A stretch of 64,000 nt of DNA from the IMG/VR virus record IMGVR_UViG_642791618_000001, positions 14,958-78,957 of that record; one strand, written 5' to 3'. The stretch comes from a virus (taxonomy: Duplodnaviria > Caudoviricetes). The notes beneath the pieces are model-generated. The model did no database searches, was not told the origin of the DNA, and saw only the letters and a list, made by a program, of their open reading frames with translations. Below, one piece after another: positions 47,577 to 58,240 of this stretch. The position numbers and the translations under genes were made by a program. The first letter of the stretch is position 1, and every line of letters starts with the position of its first letter.

Positions 47577-47756
47577 GTGAACGCCATCCAGGAAACCCTC
47601 ACCAAACATCGGCAGGAAAAGGCCATGATCGAAAAGCGCTCGGCGGGCGATCAGCAACGCCTGCGCGAACTCGACGCCATCATTGCGGCGCTGGAAGCCA
47701 TTCCCCCGGCACCCACCGACGTTCTGGCCGAAGCACTCACCACGAACCAGAACTAA
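47577..47756 (+). CDS. Small hypothetical protein
   Basis: GTG start preceded by the TTGACA motif. Confidence 0.5.
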   Translation: MNAIQETLTKHRQEKAMIEKRSAGDQQRLRELDAIIAALEAIPPAPTDVLAEALTTNQN

Positions 47757-47759
47757 GCC

Positions 47760-48092
47760 ATGCCCGCCAGCGACGTATCATTCGGCATTACGCGCCATGA
47801 AGGCGCGCTCATCGACTCGGTGGAGACCGACGACAGCGTGCAGGTCAAGGAATTGGCGGGCAGCGACGGCGAAATCGCCCGCGTCCGGCCCTATCGCAAA
47901 ATGACCGAGGGCTCGGTGAAGGGACACGGCACACTTTCGGTGGTACCCGGCGTCGGCGACCCCGGCGTGACCGGCGTGGGCAGCACGGGCGTGACCGTGA
48001 TCACGAACGTGAAGCAGAACGAGACCAACGAGGATTTCGACGGCTGGGAATACAGCTTCAAGAATTACCCGAACGCCGAGGCCGTGAGCTAA
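47760..48092 (+). CDS. Putative tail tube protein
   Basis: Beta-rich, 110 aa, followed by chaperone-like genes. Confidence 0.55.
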   Translation: MPASDVSFGITRHEGALIDSVETDDSVQVKELAGSDGEIARVRPYRKMTEGSVKGHGTLSVVPGVGDPGVTGVGSTGVTVITNVKQNETNEDFDGWEYSFKNYPNAEAVS

Positions 48093-48094
48093 CC

Positions 48095-48538
48095 ATGAAA
48101 AAAGGCGATCAACTTTGCATCCTGCGCGCCGATGTGAACACCGAAGCGGACGCACTCAATATCCTGCGCCTGGTCGGGGCGCTCACGGCAGTCGGCGTTC
48201 AACTCGATGACGATTGCCCGTATCTGGAAACGCGCGAGCTGGTCGAAGCCGGCGAACGCCGTTTGGTCACTTGGACCCTCAAGGCCCGGAGCATTTGCGG
48301 CCGGTTTGAAACGCGCAAACTCATCGACGCCTGGCACGATCCGGTCTGGACGACGCAACACCTGGAGCATCCCTTCGCCTACATCAAGACGGCGTTCCAA
48401 AACGCCAGCTTGCTCGGCGCGGAAGTCGCCCGGCTCGCACCGGTCGCACTCATCCGTAAAGGCCGTCGATTCGCGCTCGTGCCCTTCGATGCGACGCCGG
48501 AACGCCGCCAGGAACTTCTCACCGCTCTCGAAAAATGA
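48095..48538 (+). CDS. Hypothetical tail-region protein
   Basis: Coupled ORF, 147 aa. Confidence 0.6.
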   Translation: MKKGDQLCILRADVNTEADALNILRLVGALTAVGVQLDDDCPYLETRELVEAGERRLVTWTLKARSICGRFETRKLIDAWHDPVWTTQHLEHPFAYIKTAFQNASLLGAEVARLAPVALIRKGRRFALVPFDATPERRQELLTALEK

Positions 48539-49199
48539 ACGCTGCCGAAAGAACGCAAGCCAATCTCGACACGTTCGTCGAACCCGCGCCGTGCGCAGGC
48601 GGTATCACGCTGCGCCCGTTCTCCGCTGGAACACTTACGCTCTGCCGTGCGCTCGGGCTCACCATGATCACTGGGGCCGCCAAGGAGGAGCTTGAGGCGA
48701 TGTCGGCCGAGGACAAGCAACGGCAGCTCACGACGTTTCTGTTCATTCAATCCCAGCCGCTGGGCGTGGTGAAAAAGGCCGTGAAGATCGCTCGCGAAAA
48801 TCGGGCGGCATTTGAGGAGGAGTATCTGCTGCCATTTGAGCTGGACCTGCCGGTGGCGGCGATGTTCGAGACTATGAGCCAGCTTGAGCAGAGCCTCGTT
48901 TCCATCGAGGCCGCGCAGGTGGAAGTCCACGCCCGGCCAGGCGGACGACAGAACGAGTCGAAGACTCAGCCAACCCCAAACTGATTGAGCCGGTGTGGAC
49001 GGCGAGTTTCGTCTTCACACTGGCGCGAGAAACCGGGTGGCCCGAGCACTTCATCTTCTGGGAACTGCCGCTCGCGCGACTTCTGCAATACCAGCACTGC
49101 GCGCTGCGGGCCTACGACGTATGGACGGTGCCGATTGGTCCGGCGCCTGACGCGCAATTCGACCGGTTGCTCACCGGATGGAGGCCGCATGAAAGCTGA
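48535..49199 (+). CDS. Tail assembly chaperone G (48535-48984) and GT extension via -1 frameshift
   Basis: C CCA AAC (48975-48981) lies immediately before the TGA; the -1 frame reads PKLIEPVWTASF... to 49199. Confidence 0.65.
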
Positions 49200-49854
49200 T
49201 GTAAAATTCGATCTGCGCCCGATCCAGCGTGCCATTAAGAAGCTCCAGCCGCAGGTCAAGAAATCTCGGCGGGAACTGACTGAGCAGGCCGCCAAGGGGT
49301 TCGTGAAAGAAGTTATCGAAATCACGCCGCCCGGTGGGAGCGGCCGGCGCGGCAACGCCGCGAAAAAGACGGGCGAAGCCGCCATCAAATACGATCTGGC
49401 ACGGGTGATGATCGCCGTGCGGGCGGTCAAGAACGTGATCCTGCAAGACCCGCGCGCGATTCATGACCGTCTGCGCGACATGCGGACCGGGCGCATCAAC
49501 CCGCGTAATCTCAAGCACCCGTATCCGGTCGAGGCCTCGGCGCTGCGAGCGTTGCAGCGCGAACTGCTCGCGCGCGTCGGTAAGCTCGCCGGGGGCTGGA
49601 ATGCGGGCGCGGACAAACTTGGCGCGAAAGTGCCCGCGTGGGTTTCACGCCAGGGCGACGGGCGCGGCGCAATGAGTGTTGTGAACTCGATCCGGCAGTT
49701 TCGCATCACTCTGACCAACTCCGTGAAATACGTGACCAACGTGGCCGACTACGTGCGGCGGGTCGAATCGGCCATTGGGATCCAGGCGGCAAAGATGGAA
49801 CGGAAAGCGGAGTTCCTTTTGACCCGTGCTTTGAGACGAGCGGGTTGGAAGTAG
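49189..49854 (+). CDS. HK97 gp10-like tail/neck protein
   Basis: Basic protein, ITPP motif, RVGKLAGGW, TNSVKY. Confidence 0.55.
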   Translation: MKADVKFDLRPIQRAIKKLQPQVKKSRRELTEQAAKGFVKEVIEITPPGGSGRRGNAAKKTGEAAIKYDLARVMIAVRAVKNVILQDPRAIHDRLRDMRTGRINPRNLKHPYPVEASALRALQRELLARVGKLAGGWNAGADKLGAKVPAWVSRQGDGRGAMSVVNSIRQFRITLTNSVKYVTNVADYVRRVESAIGIQAAKMERKAEFLLTRALRRAGWK

Positions 49855-49866
49855 ATTGCTAACATC

Positions 49867-50829
49867 CTAAGCCGCCCGAATCTTTAGCTTCGGAGCGAGC
49901 AGTCTATATCGGTCGCGACAACGTTCCCACAACCCGGCGCTTTTCAGGGACGCGATTGTTTTGCTAGCAGATACGTCTCTTGCATGAAGCCTGTGAGTGA
50001 GCGCCCAGTTAACGACCGCTTCAGGACCTCGAGCCGAATTCCCCCAAGGAGTTGGACTATCCGTCAGCAACGAGTGATAGGCAGCCATATACAGGAGACC
50101 TTTTTCACCCATGTCGTTGAGCAGAAGTGAGCTAACTTCGGCAGCCAATTTTCTACAAACACCAGAATATAGAATGACGTCGCGCGGACGCAGGATTACT
50201 CGATCGCCCGAAATATTAGGCAGCGGCATCGATGGCGTTCCCCGAGGCGTATTCACTTTCTTCCACTTCTTCGCAAAGTCAGGATCGCTGAGAGATTTGG
50301 CGAGTTCGCCAGTCATACGTCCATTGCGATGCGCGATGCAATTTCTGGCGCGGTGAAAGAACTGATAGACGGCAACAAGCTCTTCGGTGGGTTTCGATTT
50401 CCAGCCGCAAGCATTCCATAGTTTCACTAGTGGAAGTGTAGAATAGTCGTCAGCCGCTTCATTCACCACAGTAGTCGCTTTCCGTTGTTCTTTGCCGTGA
50501 CTGCGATGCGCCACCCAACGACTCATTTCGGCATCAGTCGATACTAAAAAGTCCTCCATGGCGGAATCAACACGGACAATGGCCATCTCGACGAAAAAAA
50601 GCGTGGCATCTGCCAGTTCCTTTTGCGGGTCGTAGTGATTCAGTCCGCCCCACGGTTCGCCTGCGCCCTCGATTAGTGCTGAGAGCAGCTTACTACCCAC
50701 ATGGCCAGTGCCGACCGAACGTTCAGTGAATGCGAGAGATCCCGCGATCGTTTTCACCAGACGATTCAAGGACTCGTGGAACCGATGAAAGGCGTAAAAC
50801 GGCTCAGTGTTCGCTTTGGAAATGTCCAT
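49867..50829 (-). CDS. HEPN-like moron protein
   Basis: RNCIAH (RX4H), upstream SAMEDFL helix; antisense and more AT-rich. Confidence 0.55.
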   Translation of the reverse strand: MDISKANTEPFYAFHRFHESLNRLVKTIAGSLAFTERSVGTGHVGSKLLSALIEGAGEPWGGLNHYDPQKELADATLFFVEMAIVRVDSAMEDFLVSTDAEMSRWVAHRSHGKEQRKATTVVNEAADDYSTLPLVKLWNACGWKSKPTEELVAVYQFFHRARNCIAHRNGRMTGELAKSLSDPDFAKKWKKVNTPRGTPSMPLPNISGDRVILRPRDVILYSGVCRKLAAEVSSLLLNDMGEKGLLYMAAYHSLLTDSPTPWGNSARGPEAVVNWALTHRLHARDVSASKTIASLKSAGLWERCRDRYRLLAPKLKIRAA

Positions 50830-50910
50830 CCAGCTTATGATGTCATTGTTGGCGAGTGCTCGTCACGCCTTGAGAATGCGAGATGTTTGCGTTGACGCGG
50901 CGCGGCAGGC

Positions 50911-52504
50911 ATGCCGAAAGCCACCGCCGTATTCGATGCCGACGACAGCCGCCTGGGAGCGGCGCTCGTGCGCATCAACCAGCGGATGCTCGCCCTCCAA
51001 GAGCGTGTGGCGAAATTCGCCGGGGCTTGGGTGGCCGTTCAGTCCGTATCGCATCTCGTGGCCACCGGATTCGAGCACCTGCGTGGAGCGTTCGAGGTTG
51101 GGGACAAGCTAAGCGAACTCTCGGCCAATACCGGCGTGGGCCGTGGGCGATCTTGTCGTGCTCCAGCAGGAATTCGCCAACGCAGGAAAGTCGGCGGAGG
51201 ACCTCGGGCCTGTCTTCGCCAAGATGGCCAAGTCCGTCCACGGCGATGCCGCCGCGGAAACGATCGAGAAGCTCGGCTTGAACCTCGACGCTCTCAAACA
51301 CAAGACACCCGCGGAGCAGTTCCGGGCGTTGGGTGCGGCCATCAACCAGGTCAAAGACCCATCGCAGCGCGCGGCCATGGCGATGGAGATTTTCGGGCGC
51401 AACGGCGCAGAGATGCTCGCGGTGTTTGCCTCCAACGGGTTTGAGGAAGCCGCCGAGCAGGTCGGTTCCCAGGCGCAGATTCTCGGGCGTGACGCGACAC
51501 TCTTCCATGACGTGAGCGACAAACTCAACGCTACGGGGGTTAAGGTGCGCGGGTTCTGGGTTGGCGTGGCCGATCAGGTCGCCCCGGTGCTCAAACCACT
51601 GCTCGATCAGTTCATGAAGATGGATCTGGCGAGCTGGGGTCAAATGGCGGGCGAAGCCGTGGCTTTCATTGTCCAGGCATTCGCCGATGGAAAGATCGGC
51701 GACATCCTTTTCACCTCGGCGAAGATCGCCTTCGCCAACGCCGTGAACTTTCTCGCGGGGGCCATCATGGCTGTCGCCCAGGCGCTCTGGCAGGCCTTTT
51801 CCGAGTCGATCAAGAACGCCATTGCCCTCTTTGAAATCCTGACCACGGCCGATTTCTGGGTGGGCATGGGCAAGGCGCTGCTCGGCATCGCGCAAGGTTT
51901 CATCGCTTTCCTGCTCGAAGGTGTCGCCAAGCTCCTCGATTACCTGAAGGAAGTGCCGCTCGTCGGCGACAAGGTGGGGGACACCGCGCAATCGATCCGG
52001 CAGACCGCACAATGCTTCCGAGACGCCGGGCAGGACAATCGAGACGCTGGCGCCGACTTGCTCACGCCTGCGGTCGACAAGGCCGCCGAGCGGATGCGCG
52101 ACGCGGTGGCCAATATCGGCAAAGCGCTGGGCGAAGGTTTCGGCAAGGGCAACACCGCCATCGACACGAGCGAGTGGCAGCAACACATGGAGGACGCCAT
52201 CGACGGGGTCATGGCGCGCGTGCAAAGCGTCTCCGAAAAATCGCGCGCGGACGCGAAACCGCGCCCGGAGAATACCGGGGCGTACGACGAGGAACTCGAC
52301 GCCAAGAAGAAGCCGTCCGTGTCCGCCTTGCAGAAAATCGGCGGCGGCGGACGCGCGAGCTACAGCACGGGTGACCCGATGCTGCGTGAGGCACAGCGGC
52401 AGACGCGCGAATTGAGCACGCAGACCGGGCTGCTTCGCGACGTGAAAAAGCTCCTCGATAAACCACCGGTTGCGCCACCGACGCCGATGCCGGTTTTCGG
52501 CTAA
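50911..52504 (+). CDS. Tape measure protein; frameshift near 51139
   Basis: Ala-rich helical protein, AMEIFGRNG motif, LQKIGGGG C-terminus. Confidence 0.8.
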
Positions 52505-52508
52505 GTCC

Positions 52509-53222
52509 ATGTCCTCGACTCCGCTTCAAACCACCGGCATTACGGGCGGCATTTCTGAGACAGGCATCGCGACTATCGAGGTGCCCGTCTTCGTCGACAC
52601 GCTGGCTGAGGCGCTCACGGTGCTGCCCAATCTCGGCATCCTGCTGCCTTACCGGTCGCGCAATTTCAGCCAGGAGGACGATGGCACCTACAAGGTCGTC
52701 TTGCATTTCGAGGGCATCGCCCCGCAGGGTCCCGACGACAACCAGGTCACTTTCGAGCTGGATACATCCATGGCCGAAGACCCCATCCAGACCCATCCGT
52801 TCTTCGACACCCTCAAGACCAAGTATGCCTGGGACGCGGTGAAGGAACAGTTCGCCGAATTGCTGCCCGACACCGGTGGCCAGCAAACGGCGCTGAGCGG
52901 CGGCAGCCAGAAAACGAAAAAGAACCCGCTTTTTGGCGTGGAAAACTGGCTCTCTGTGGGTGCCACCTTTCGCAAGACCTACTCCGCGCTTACCATCCCT
53001 TCGACGATACTGCGCGGCATCGGCACGATCGTGGACCAACCGCCTGGCATCGCTCAGTTCAACATTCCATCGGCGGCCAAGAAACGGAATTGGCTCAAGC
53101 TTGCGCCGAAGATCAAGCGCAAGGGCAACGCGGTCGAGATCACCGAAGAATACATGCTCTCGGGTCCGAACGGCTGGATCGCGGACGTATATGGCCAGGC
53201 GCAACTCGAAGGTGGCCAATGA
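52509..53222 (+). CDS. Tail tip/hub protein
   Basis: Follows the TMP; EDPIQTHPFF motif. Confidence 0.6.
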   Translation: MSSTPLQTTGITGGISETGIATIEVPVFVDTLAEALTVLPNLGILLPYRSRNFSQEDDGTYKVVLHFEGIAPQGPDDNQVTFELDTSMAEDPIQTHPFFDTLKTKYAWDAVKEQFAELLPDTGGQQTALSGGSQKTKKNPLFGVENWLSVGATFRKTYSALTIPSTILRGIGTIVDQPPGIAQFNIPSAAKKRNWLKLAPKIKRKGNAVEITEEYMLSGPNGWIADVYGQAQLEGGQ

Positions 53223-53866
53223 CCGAACTGCCCTTTGTCCGGCGCGGCCAGCCGATCACTGCCGAGCTTTGGAACAAGCTCGTGGCCGCCGTGCGCTCCG
53301 TGCGGCTGCTGCCGGGCGACGGCGCGCGGCTGCGCTCGACTCCGGACGGAACGCTCGTCGGCTTCGATGCCGCGCCATCGCCGTGGCCGCATGCGTTTCA
53401 AGTCACACTTTTCGGACAAACCGCGGCGCAGATCAGCTCAGGACTGGTCAATGGGATCGAACCGAAGATCGGCGATGTCCCGATGAGCGGAACCGACAAA
53501 CAACCTCCGCCCCGGCTGGAATTCGGCAAGCTTAAGCTCGATCCTAACAATCGCGGCTACGTCGCCATCGAGATCACCTGCGACGACAAATGGAAAATCA
53601 CCACCATGGAGATGGTGCAGGTGGCGTACTTCGATTCCGAGAACGGCGAAGACCCACCGACGAGGAGTGGCGGCGTGAGCGCGATTGGCGGCATTCCCGG
53701 CATCTCCGGCCGGCGCGTGCGCTATCCCGTGGCCATGCTGGTCCAGCGCAAATCCGGGCAGCTCGACGTGGTGCAAATCGTCTTCTTCAACCTGGCCCAT
53801 CGCGCCCAGCCGCGGGACAACCAGAGCGATGCAGCGCGGCATTTCTTCTGGCCGGGCGCCGCATGA
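53219..53866 (+). CDS. Hypothetical tail protein
   Basis: Coupled ORF; VRRGQPITAELWN. Confidence 0.6.
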   Translation: MTELPFVRRGQPITAELWNKLVAAVRSVRLLPGDGARLRSTPDGTLVGFDAAPSPWPHAFQVTLFGQTAAQISSGLVNGIEPKIGDVPMSGTDKQPPPRLEFGKLKLDPNNRGYVAIEITCDDKWKITTMEMVQVAYFDSENGEDPPTRSGGVSAIGGIPGISGRRVRYPVAMLVQRKSGQLDVVQIVFFNLAHRAQPRDNQSDAARHFFWPGAA

Positions 53867-54924
53867 AATCTTTGATTTCCGCCGAAGCTTGGAATGGGCA
53901 GGTGCGCGCGGTCCGGCGCGCTCGCGTCACCCCGGGGCAGGGTTGCATCATCGAGCAGACCCCGAACGGCTGCATCCTGAGCGGTGCAGGGAAGATCCGG
54001 TGGCGGCATCCGTGGCAGGTCAGCGCCCAATGGAACGTCGATCCGACGATTCAACCTCTGGGCGGGCAATGGACAGCGACGCTCTGGCCCGGCTTCGTGA
54101 ACGCGCAGGACGTGACCATCGAAGTCGAAGTCGCCTCCAAACCCAACGTGCAGAAGCAACCGGTTCAGGTGCCGCTGACTGAGGAAGACCCGCCGCTATT
54201 GATCCTCTCCGGCTTCCGCGATCCGGCGGCGCCCGGCCTGCCCCAGGCATCGGACGACGGCGACATCATCATCCCACCGGGCGAGGGGTATCCAAAGTTC
54301 TTCGATTCCCTCGGCGTCGTGCCCGCTTCCAACGGCGGCACCGGCCTCGGCGCACTCGACTCGACGCCAGACCCGACCCGCACGCGGCAGATTCGCGGCT
54401 GCGACATCGCGCTCGTTACGCCGCGCCTGGCTACCCACCAGCAGGTCGATGTGCTCGACCCGGGCACCGACGCGCAGAGCGTTTCGATCTCAACGGTGTT
54501 CGACAACACGGCACTCATCAACGCCAAGTCTGCGCACTGGCTGATCGCCACGTCCAAATGGGAGCCGCCGATGGAACCGACCGATCTTGACCGTCTCATG
54601 GGCACGGCCGTCGAACCGCAGACCGATGAAATCAAGATCGCCACGGTCTGGCTGGTCTCGCCGCCCGACGTGGGGAGTGATGCTCAGCCCGATGAGACGT
54701 GGACGGCGTATCCCCAGCACTTCGTATTCTGGAATTTGAATTACGCCAGCCGCGCGCAAATTTCCGCAGCCCCGCCGCAGCCGTTGAAGCTGGTCACTGG
54801 TCTCGCCTTGGGTGTCGCCGACACGCTCATCAATGGGCTGCTCTCGCCGCTCAACGATGCCAACGCTGAAGTTTCCGCCATGCTGAATGCGGCGAATTTC
54901 AGCGGGCGCTATTGGAGTATATAG
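53863..54924 (+). CDS. Hypothetical tail protein
   Basis: Coupled ORF; its N-terminus is paralogous to the previous gene (ISAEAWNG..RAVRRARV). Confidence 0.6.
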   Translation: MKSLISAEAWNGQVRAVRRARVTPGQGCIIEQTPNGCILSGAGKIRWRHPWQVSAQWNVDPTIQPLGGQWTATLWPGFVNAQDVTIEVEVASKPNVQKQPVQVPLTEEDPPLLILSGFRDPAAPGLPQASDDGDIIIPPGEGYPKFFDSLGVVPASNGGTGLGALDSTPDPTRTRQIRGCDIALVTPRLATHQQVDVLDPGTDAQSVSISTVFDNTALINAKSAHWLIATSKWEPPMEPTDLDRLMGTAVEPQTDEIKIATVWLVSPPDVGSDAQPDETWTAYPQHFVFWNLNYASRAQISAAPPQPLKLVTGLALGVADTLINGLLSPLNDANAEVSAMLNAANFSGRYWSI

Positions 54925-54926
54925 CG

Positions 54927-55109
54927 ATGCCTGGACTCGATCCTCACCAGCGTCGCCTCGAACGCGAAGCCCAGGCCGTTCAGCAGAATCTACCGCCACC
55001 GCTCGACCCGCCGTTCCCTTTCCAGCCCACGCCCTTCGATCCGTGGTTCTTCGGGATCGAGAACGATCCGCCAGCGGCGACTGGATCGCCGCCCGCCAGC
55101 ACGGATTGA
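54927..55109 (+). CDS. Small Pro-rich protein
   Basis: Fills the gap in the operon. Confidence 0.45.
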   Translation: MPGLDPHQRRLEREAQAVQQNLPPPLDPPFPFQPTPFDPWFFGIENDPPAATGSPPASTD

Positions 55110-55124
55110 CACGCCCCGCCCGGC

Positions 55125-57500
55125 GTGAGCGACCTCGAACTCTATGCTGATCTTTCGACCCGCACGCTCGTGGCCAGCGACGGCAGCACGTTGACGCTCC
55201 CGACGTTGGTTCTGGGCGACCAGTGCGTTTGCTCGCTGAAAATCCTCGACCGCATCGACGGCGGCGATTTGACCGCACGCGATCTGAACGTGCGCACATT
55301 GCGCGCCTCGATCGGCAACGTGCTCGCACCTCCGACCGATGGCGCGTTCACGCTGCGTTTCGCGGGCGATCCATCGGACGCATTGAATCCGGGCTCCTCA
55401 GCGGCGGAGATGAAGGCCGCGCTTGATACCCTCGATCCGAACGGCACCTATCAATTGCAAGAGGTCACCGCCAGTGTGCCGGGCTGCTGGCTGCTGCGCT
55501 TTGCGAACACAGGCGCGATTCCGCTGGCCGTGGCAGCGAATACTCTCCAGCCAGAATCCTTCGTTCGCATCCGCGCCTTCGAGCAGAGCGGACGGCGCTG
55601 GCACGAAATTCGGCTCATTCAAACACCCGTCGTTTTCACCGGGACGTACGAGCGCGTGCTCCCACCGCCGCCCACCATCACGCGCATCCGCAGCGGAAAC
55701 TCGCAGGGTGACTTTCAGGTCGATGAAATCCAGGCGCTCATCGTGCCATCGAATTTCAACGGCACTTACTACCTGGCGTGGAACTTTCGCACGACCAAGC
55801 TGCTCGGAATCGACGACGGCCCCGATCAAATTGCCGCGGCGCTCAACGCCATGTTCGCCGATGGCGCCACGCGCTTCACGGTGAGCAATCCGGAGCCCAA
55901 CTACGCTTACATCGATTTTGGCGGCGACCTGGCGGGCACACCGCAGCCGCTCATGACCGTAACCGTGCACTCCTTCCAGCCGGGAGTGCTCACGTTCACC
56001 CTTGATCTGGCACGGGCGGAGCTGGCTTCGGCATTACGCAACGTCGCGCAGATCGAACTGCCCTTTGAGGTGGAACTGGAAATGGTCGATAACGATCAGG
56101 ACGCAGCGGATCCCACGGTGCCGGGGCGGCTGATCACGCTCTTCCAGAAACCCATCACCATCGAGCGCGAGTTGATCTGGGATGAACTCGCGGACATTCC
56201 GGCGATTGACTGGATGCGGCCACCACAGCCGCGGGACTACATCCCATTCACGCGGGACCAGATCATCACCGGAGCGCAGCACTACATCTCCGTCATTGGG
56301 GACGGCGCGCGGAGCAGTATCCAGCTTGATCACAACCTTGGCACGTCCGCGCTGCATCTCACCGTGCGGGAAAACCAGGCCGACGGCCGCCGTCTACTCG
56401 ACAACGAGTTTGAACTGCATTTCCCGAGCAACAACGAAGTGGTGCTCGATTTTCCCGCCGGTTCGCCACCGGCACTCGACGGCCTCGTCGTGACGATCTC
56501 GACCGCTGGCCCGGCCTCGGCGTTCCAAAATCACACGCACACCATCGCCCAAATCATCGGGCTACAGGACGCGCTCTTCGCCCTCGGGGCACGGCTGGCG
56601 GCCATTGAGGACCTGCTGCCTACGGTGCAACCCACCCTTCCGGCGGCCAACACGCAACCGCTTCAGATTCAACTTCCAGATAAGACCGAAGTTTTTCCCG
56701 GAAAACTGCCGGCGGGCTTCGATCCGAAATCGCTTTCCAGCAGCACCGCTACTACCACTGCGATGCCACGGGCTGCCGGACTCCTTCCGGCGATTCACAA
56801 TGTCACCGTGCAGCCGATTGCCGTTCCGCTGCCGCCTGCTGCGGCCAGCGCCGGAAAGGTTTTCCAGAACAACACGGCAACGCCGCTGCTCGTGCCGGGC
56901 GGACTTGGGCGGCGTGGTGCTTATCTGGAAGCGGGCGGGTTCGCGGGCAGCGATGGCCGGGTCTGGTACCGCCTCACGCACGTCGCAGCCACGACCTCGT
57001 ATTTCCCGACCGACTTCGAGCGCGAACTGTTCCTCTTCCACGTCAACGAGCAGATGCTGCGCGCCGGACAGGCACTCACGCTCGAGTTTGATCTCGCGTT
57101 GCAACTCCTGCAGGCGACCGGAGCGCCCCACGAAACGCGCGGCCAGTATCTGATCGTGATCGAACTGGGCAGCGCGCCGAGCCAGACCACGCCTGCGCCC
57201 ACTGCCGAGAACCTCCTCGATGTGCAGTGGCAGGACACGCCGTTGCTCTCACAGCGGCTCATCGTCTCTTCCCTCCAGCTTAAGCACCACTTCGGCGCGA
57301 ACATCCGGCGCGACATTAACGGCGCGCTACTCGCCGACCGCCTGCTTTACAATGTCTGGGCCGGGGGCGCTCCCACACCCGCCGGGCCGAACTTCGTCGT
57401 TCGGGCGCGGCTCATTCAGTGGGACACGGAGAACTCCGTACGCGGTGCCAAGGGCAACATTTTCTATGCGTTCACCGGCGCGAAAGCCTCCATCGCCTGA
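55125..57500 (+). CDS. Large tail tip/fibre protein
   Basis: 791 aa, beta-rich, NHTHTIAQIIGL collagen/fibre-adjacent motif. Confidence 0.65.
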   Translation: MSDLELYADLSTRTLVASDGSTLTLPTLVLGDQCVCSLKILDRIDGGDLTARDLNVRTLRASIGNVLAPPTDGAFTLRFAGDPSDALNPGSSAAEMKAALDTLDPNGTYQLQEVTASVPGCWLLRFANTGAIPLAVAANTLQPESFVRIRAFEQSGRRWHEIRLIQTPVVFTGTYERVLPPPPTITRIRSGNSQGDFQVDEIQALIVPSNFNGTYYLAWNFRTTKLLGIDDGPDQIAAALNAMFADGATRFTVSNPEPNYAYIDFGGDLAGTPQPLMTVTVHSFQPGVLTFTLDLARAELASALRNVAQIELPFEVELEMVDNDQDAADPTVPGRLITLFQKPITIERELIWDELADIPAIDWMRPPQPRDYIPFTRDQIITGAQHYISVIGDGARSSIQLDHNLGTSALHLTVRENQADGRRLLDNEFELHFPSNNEVVLDFPAGSPPALDGLVVTISTAGPASAFQNHTHTIAQIIGLQDALFALGARLAAIEDLLPTVQPTLPAANTQPLQIQLPDKTEVFPGKLPAGFDPKSLSSSTATTTAMPRAAGLLPAIHNVTVQPIAVPLPPAAASAGKVFQNNTATPLLVPGGLGRRGAYLEAGGFAGSDGRVWYRLTHVAATTSYFPTDFERELFLFHVNEQMLRAGQALTLEFDLALQLLQATGAPHETRGQYLIVIELGSAPSQTTPAPTAENLLDVQWQDTPLLSQRLIVSSLQLKHHFGANIRRDINGALLADRLLYNVWAGGAPTPAGPNFVVRARLIQWDTENSVRGAKGNIFYAFTGAKASIA

Positions 57501-57502
57501 CC

Positions 57503-58240
57503 ATGGCCATTCCCGTCATCACCACCACCCAAAGCGTGCTCGGCTATCGTCAGTGGCAGACCTGGGCTTTCCAGCCGTGGGCGGATAACACGCCGACCTA
57601 TTGGCTGTGCACGCCACTCCCCTCGGGCCTCAAGTTCGATCCGGCGACGGGTCGCATCCATGGCGCGGCGACCGTGCCCGGCGTCTATGAATTCTCTCTG
57701 CGCGCTGGGAACACCAGTGGTGTCAGCGATCCGATGCTCTTCACGATGGGCATCGAGGCGGCAAGCCAGGCGCAGGACAGCGAAGTGGAACTCTTCATCG
57801 ACGTGACCTCGCGGCTCGTCGGATTCGAAGCAACGTCCCTGGCGGCCAGCACCACTCCATTGCTCTGGCTCAAACGCGGCGACACGATGATCTTTCACGT
57901 CACCTTCGTGAAGAATGGCGCGACGGCTGATCTCGACCTGGCAACGCTCAAGTTCGCCCTCAAGCAGCTCGAACCGGAAAGCGTGCTCGTCGAGGGCACG
58001 AGTTGGCAGCGGCTCGGCACCGGCGATACGGCCGCCTTTCGCGTGAGCATCACTCTGGCCAGCGATCTCCTCGACTCCGCCCTGAGCGACAACGAGGACG
58101 ACGCGGGCACGCAGTTCAACGCGCTCGCGGAGTTCGAGTGGACGGAAAACAACCCCTACGCGGTCGGTCCGCCGCTGCTGCGCTCCAGTTCGCGCACCTT
58201 CCTCGTCGTCATGGCGCGCGACCTGATCCGTGATGCATGA
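57503..58240 (+). CDS. Putative Ig (He_PIG) domain virion protein
   Basis: LPSGLKFDPATGRIHG, PGVYEFSLRAGN. Confidence 0.72.
   Translation: MAIPVITTTQSVLGYRQWQTWAFQPWADNTPTYWLCTPLPSGLKFDPATGRIHGAATVPGVYEFSLRAGNTSGVSDPMLFTMGIEAASQAQDSEVELFIDVTSRLVGFEATSLAASTTPLLWLKRGDTMIFHVTFVKNGATADLDLATLKFALKQLEPESVLVEGTSWQRLGTGDTAAFRVSITLASDLLDSALSDNEDDAGTQFNALAEFEWTENNPYAVGPPLLRSSSRTFLVVMARDLIRDA

Noticed and set aside
46832-57500. Contractile tail, tailocin or eCIS
   Set aside because: No sheath, baseplate J or lysozyme-like gp25 motifs; capsid and packaging genes are present.
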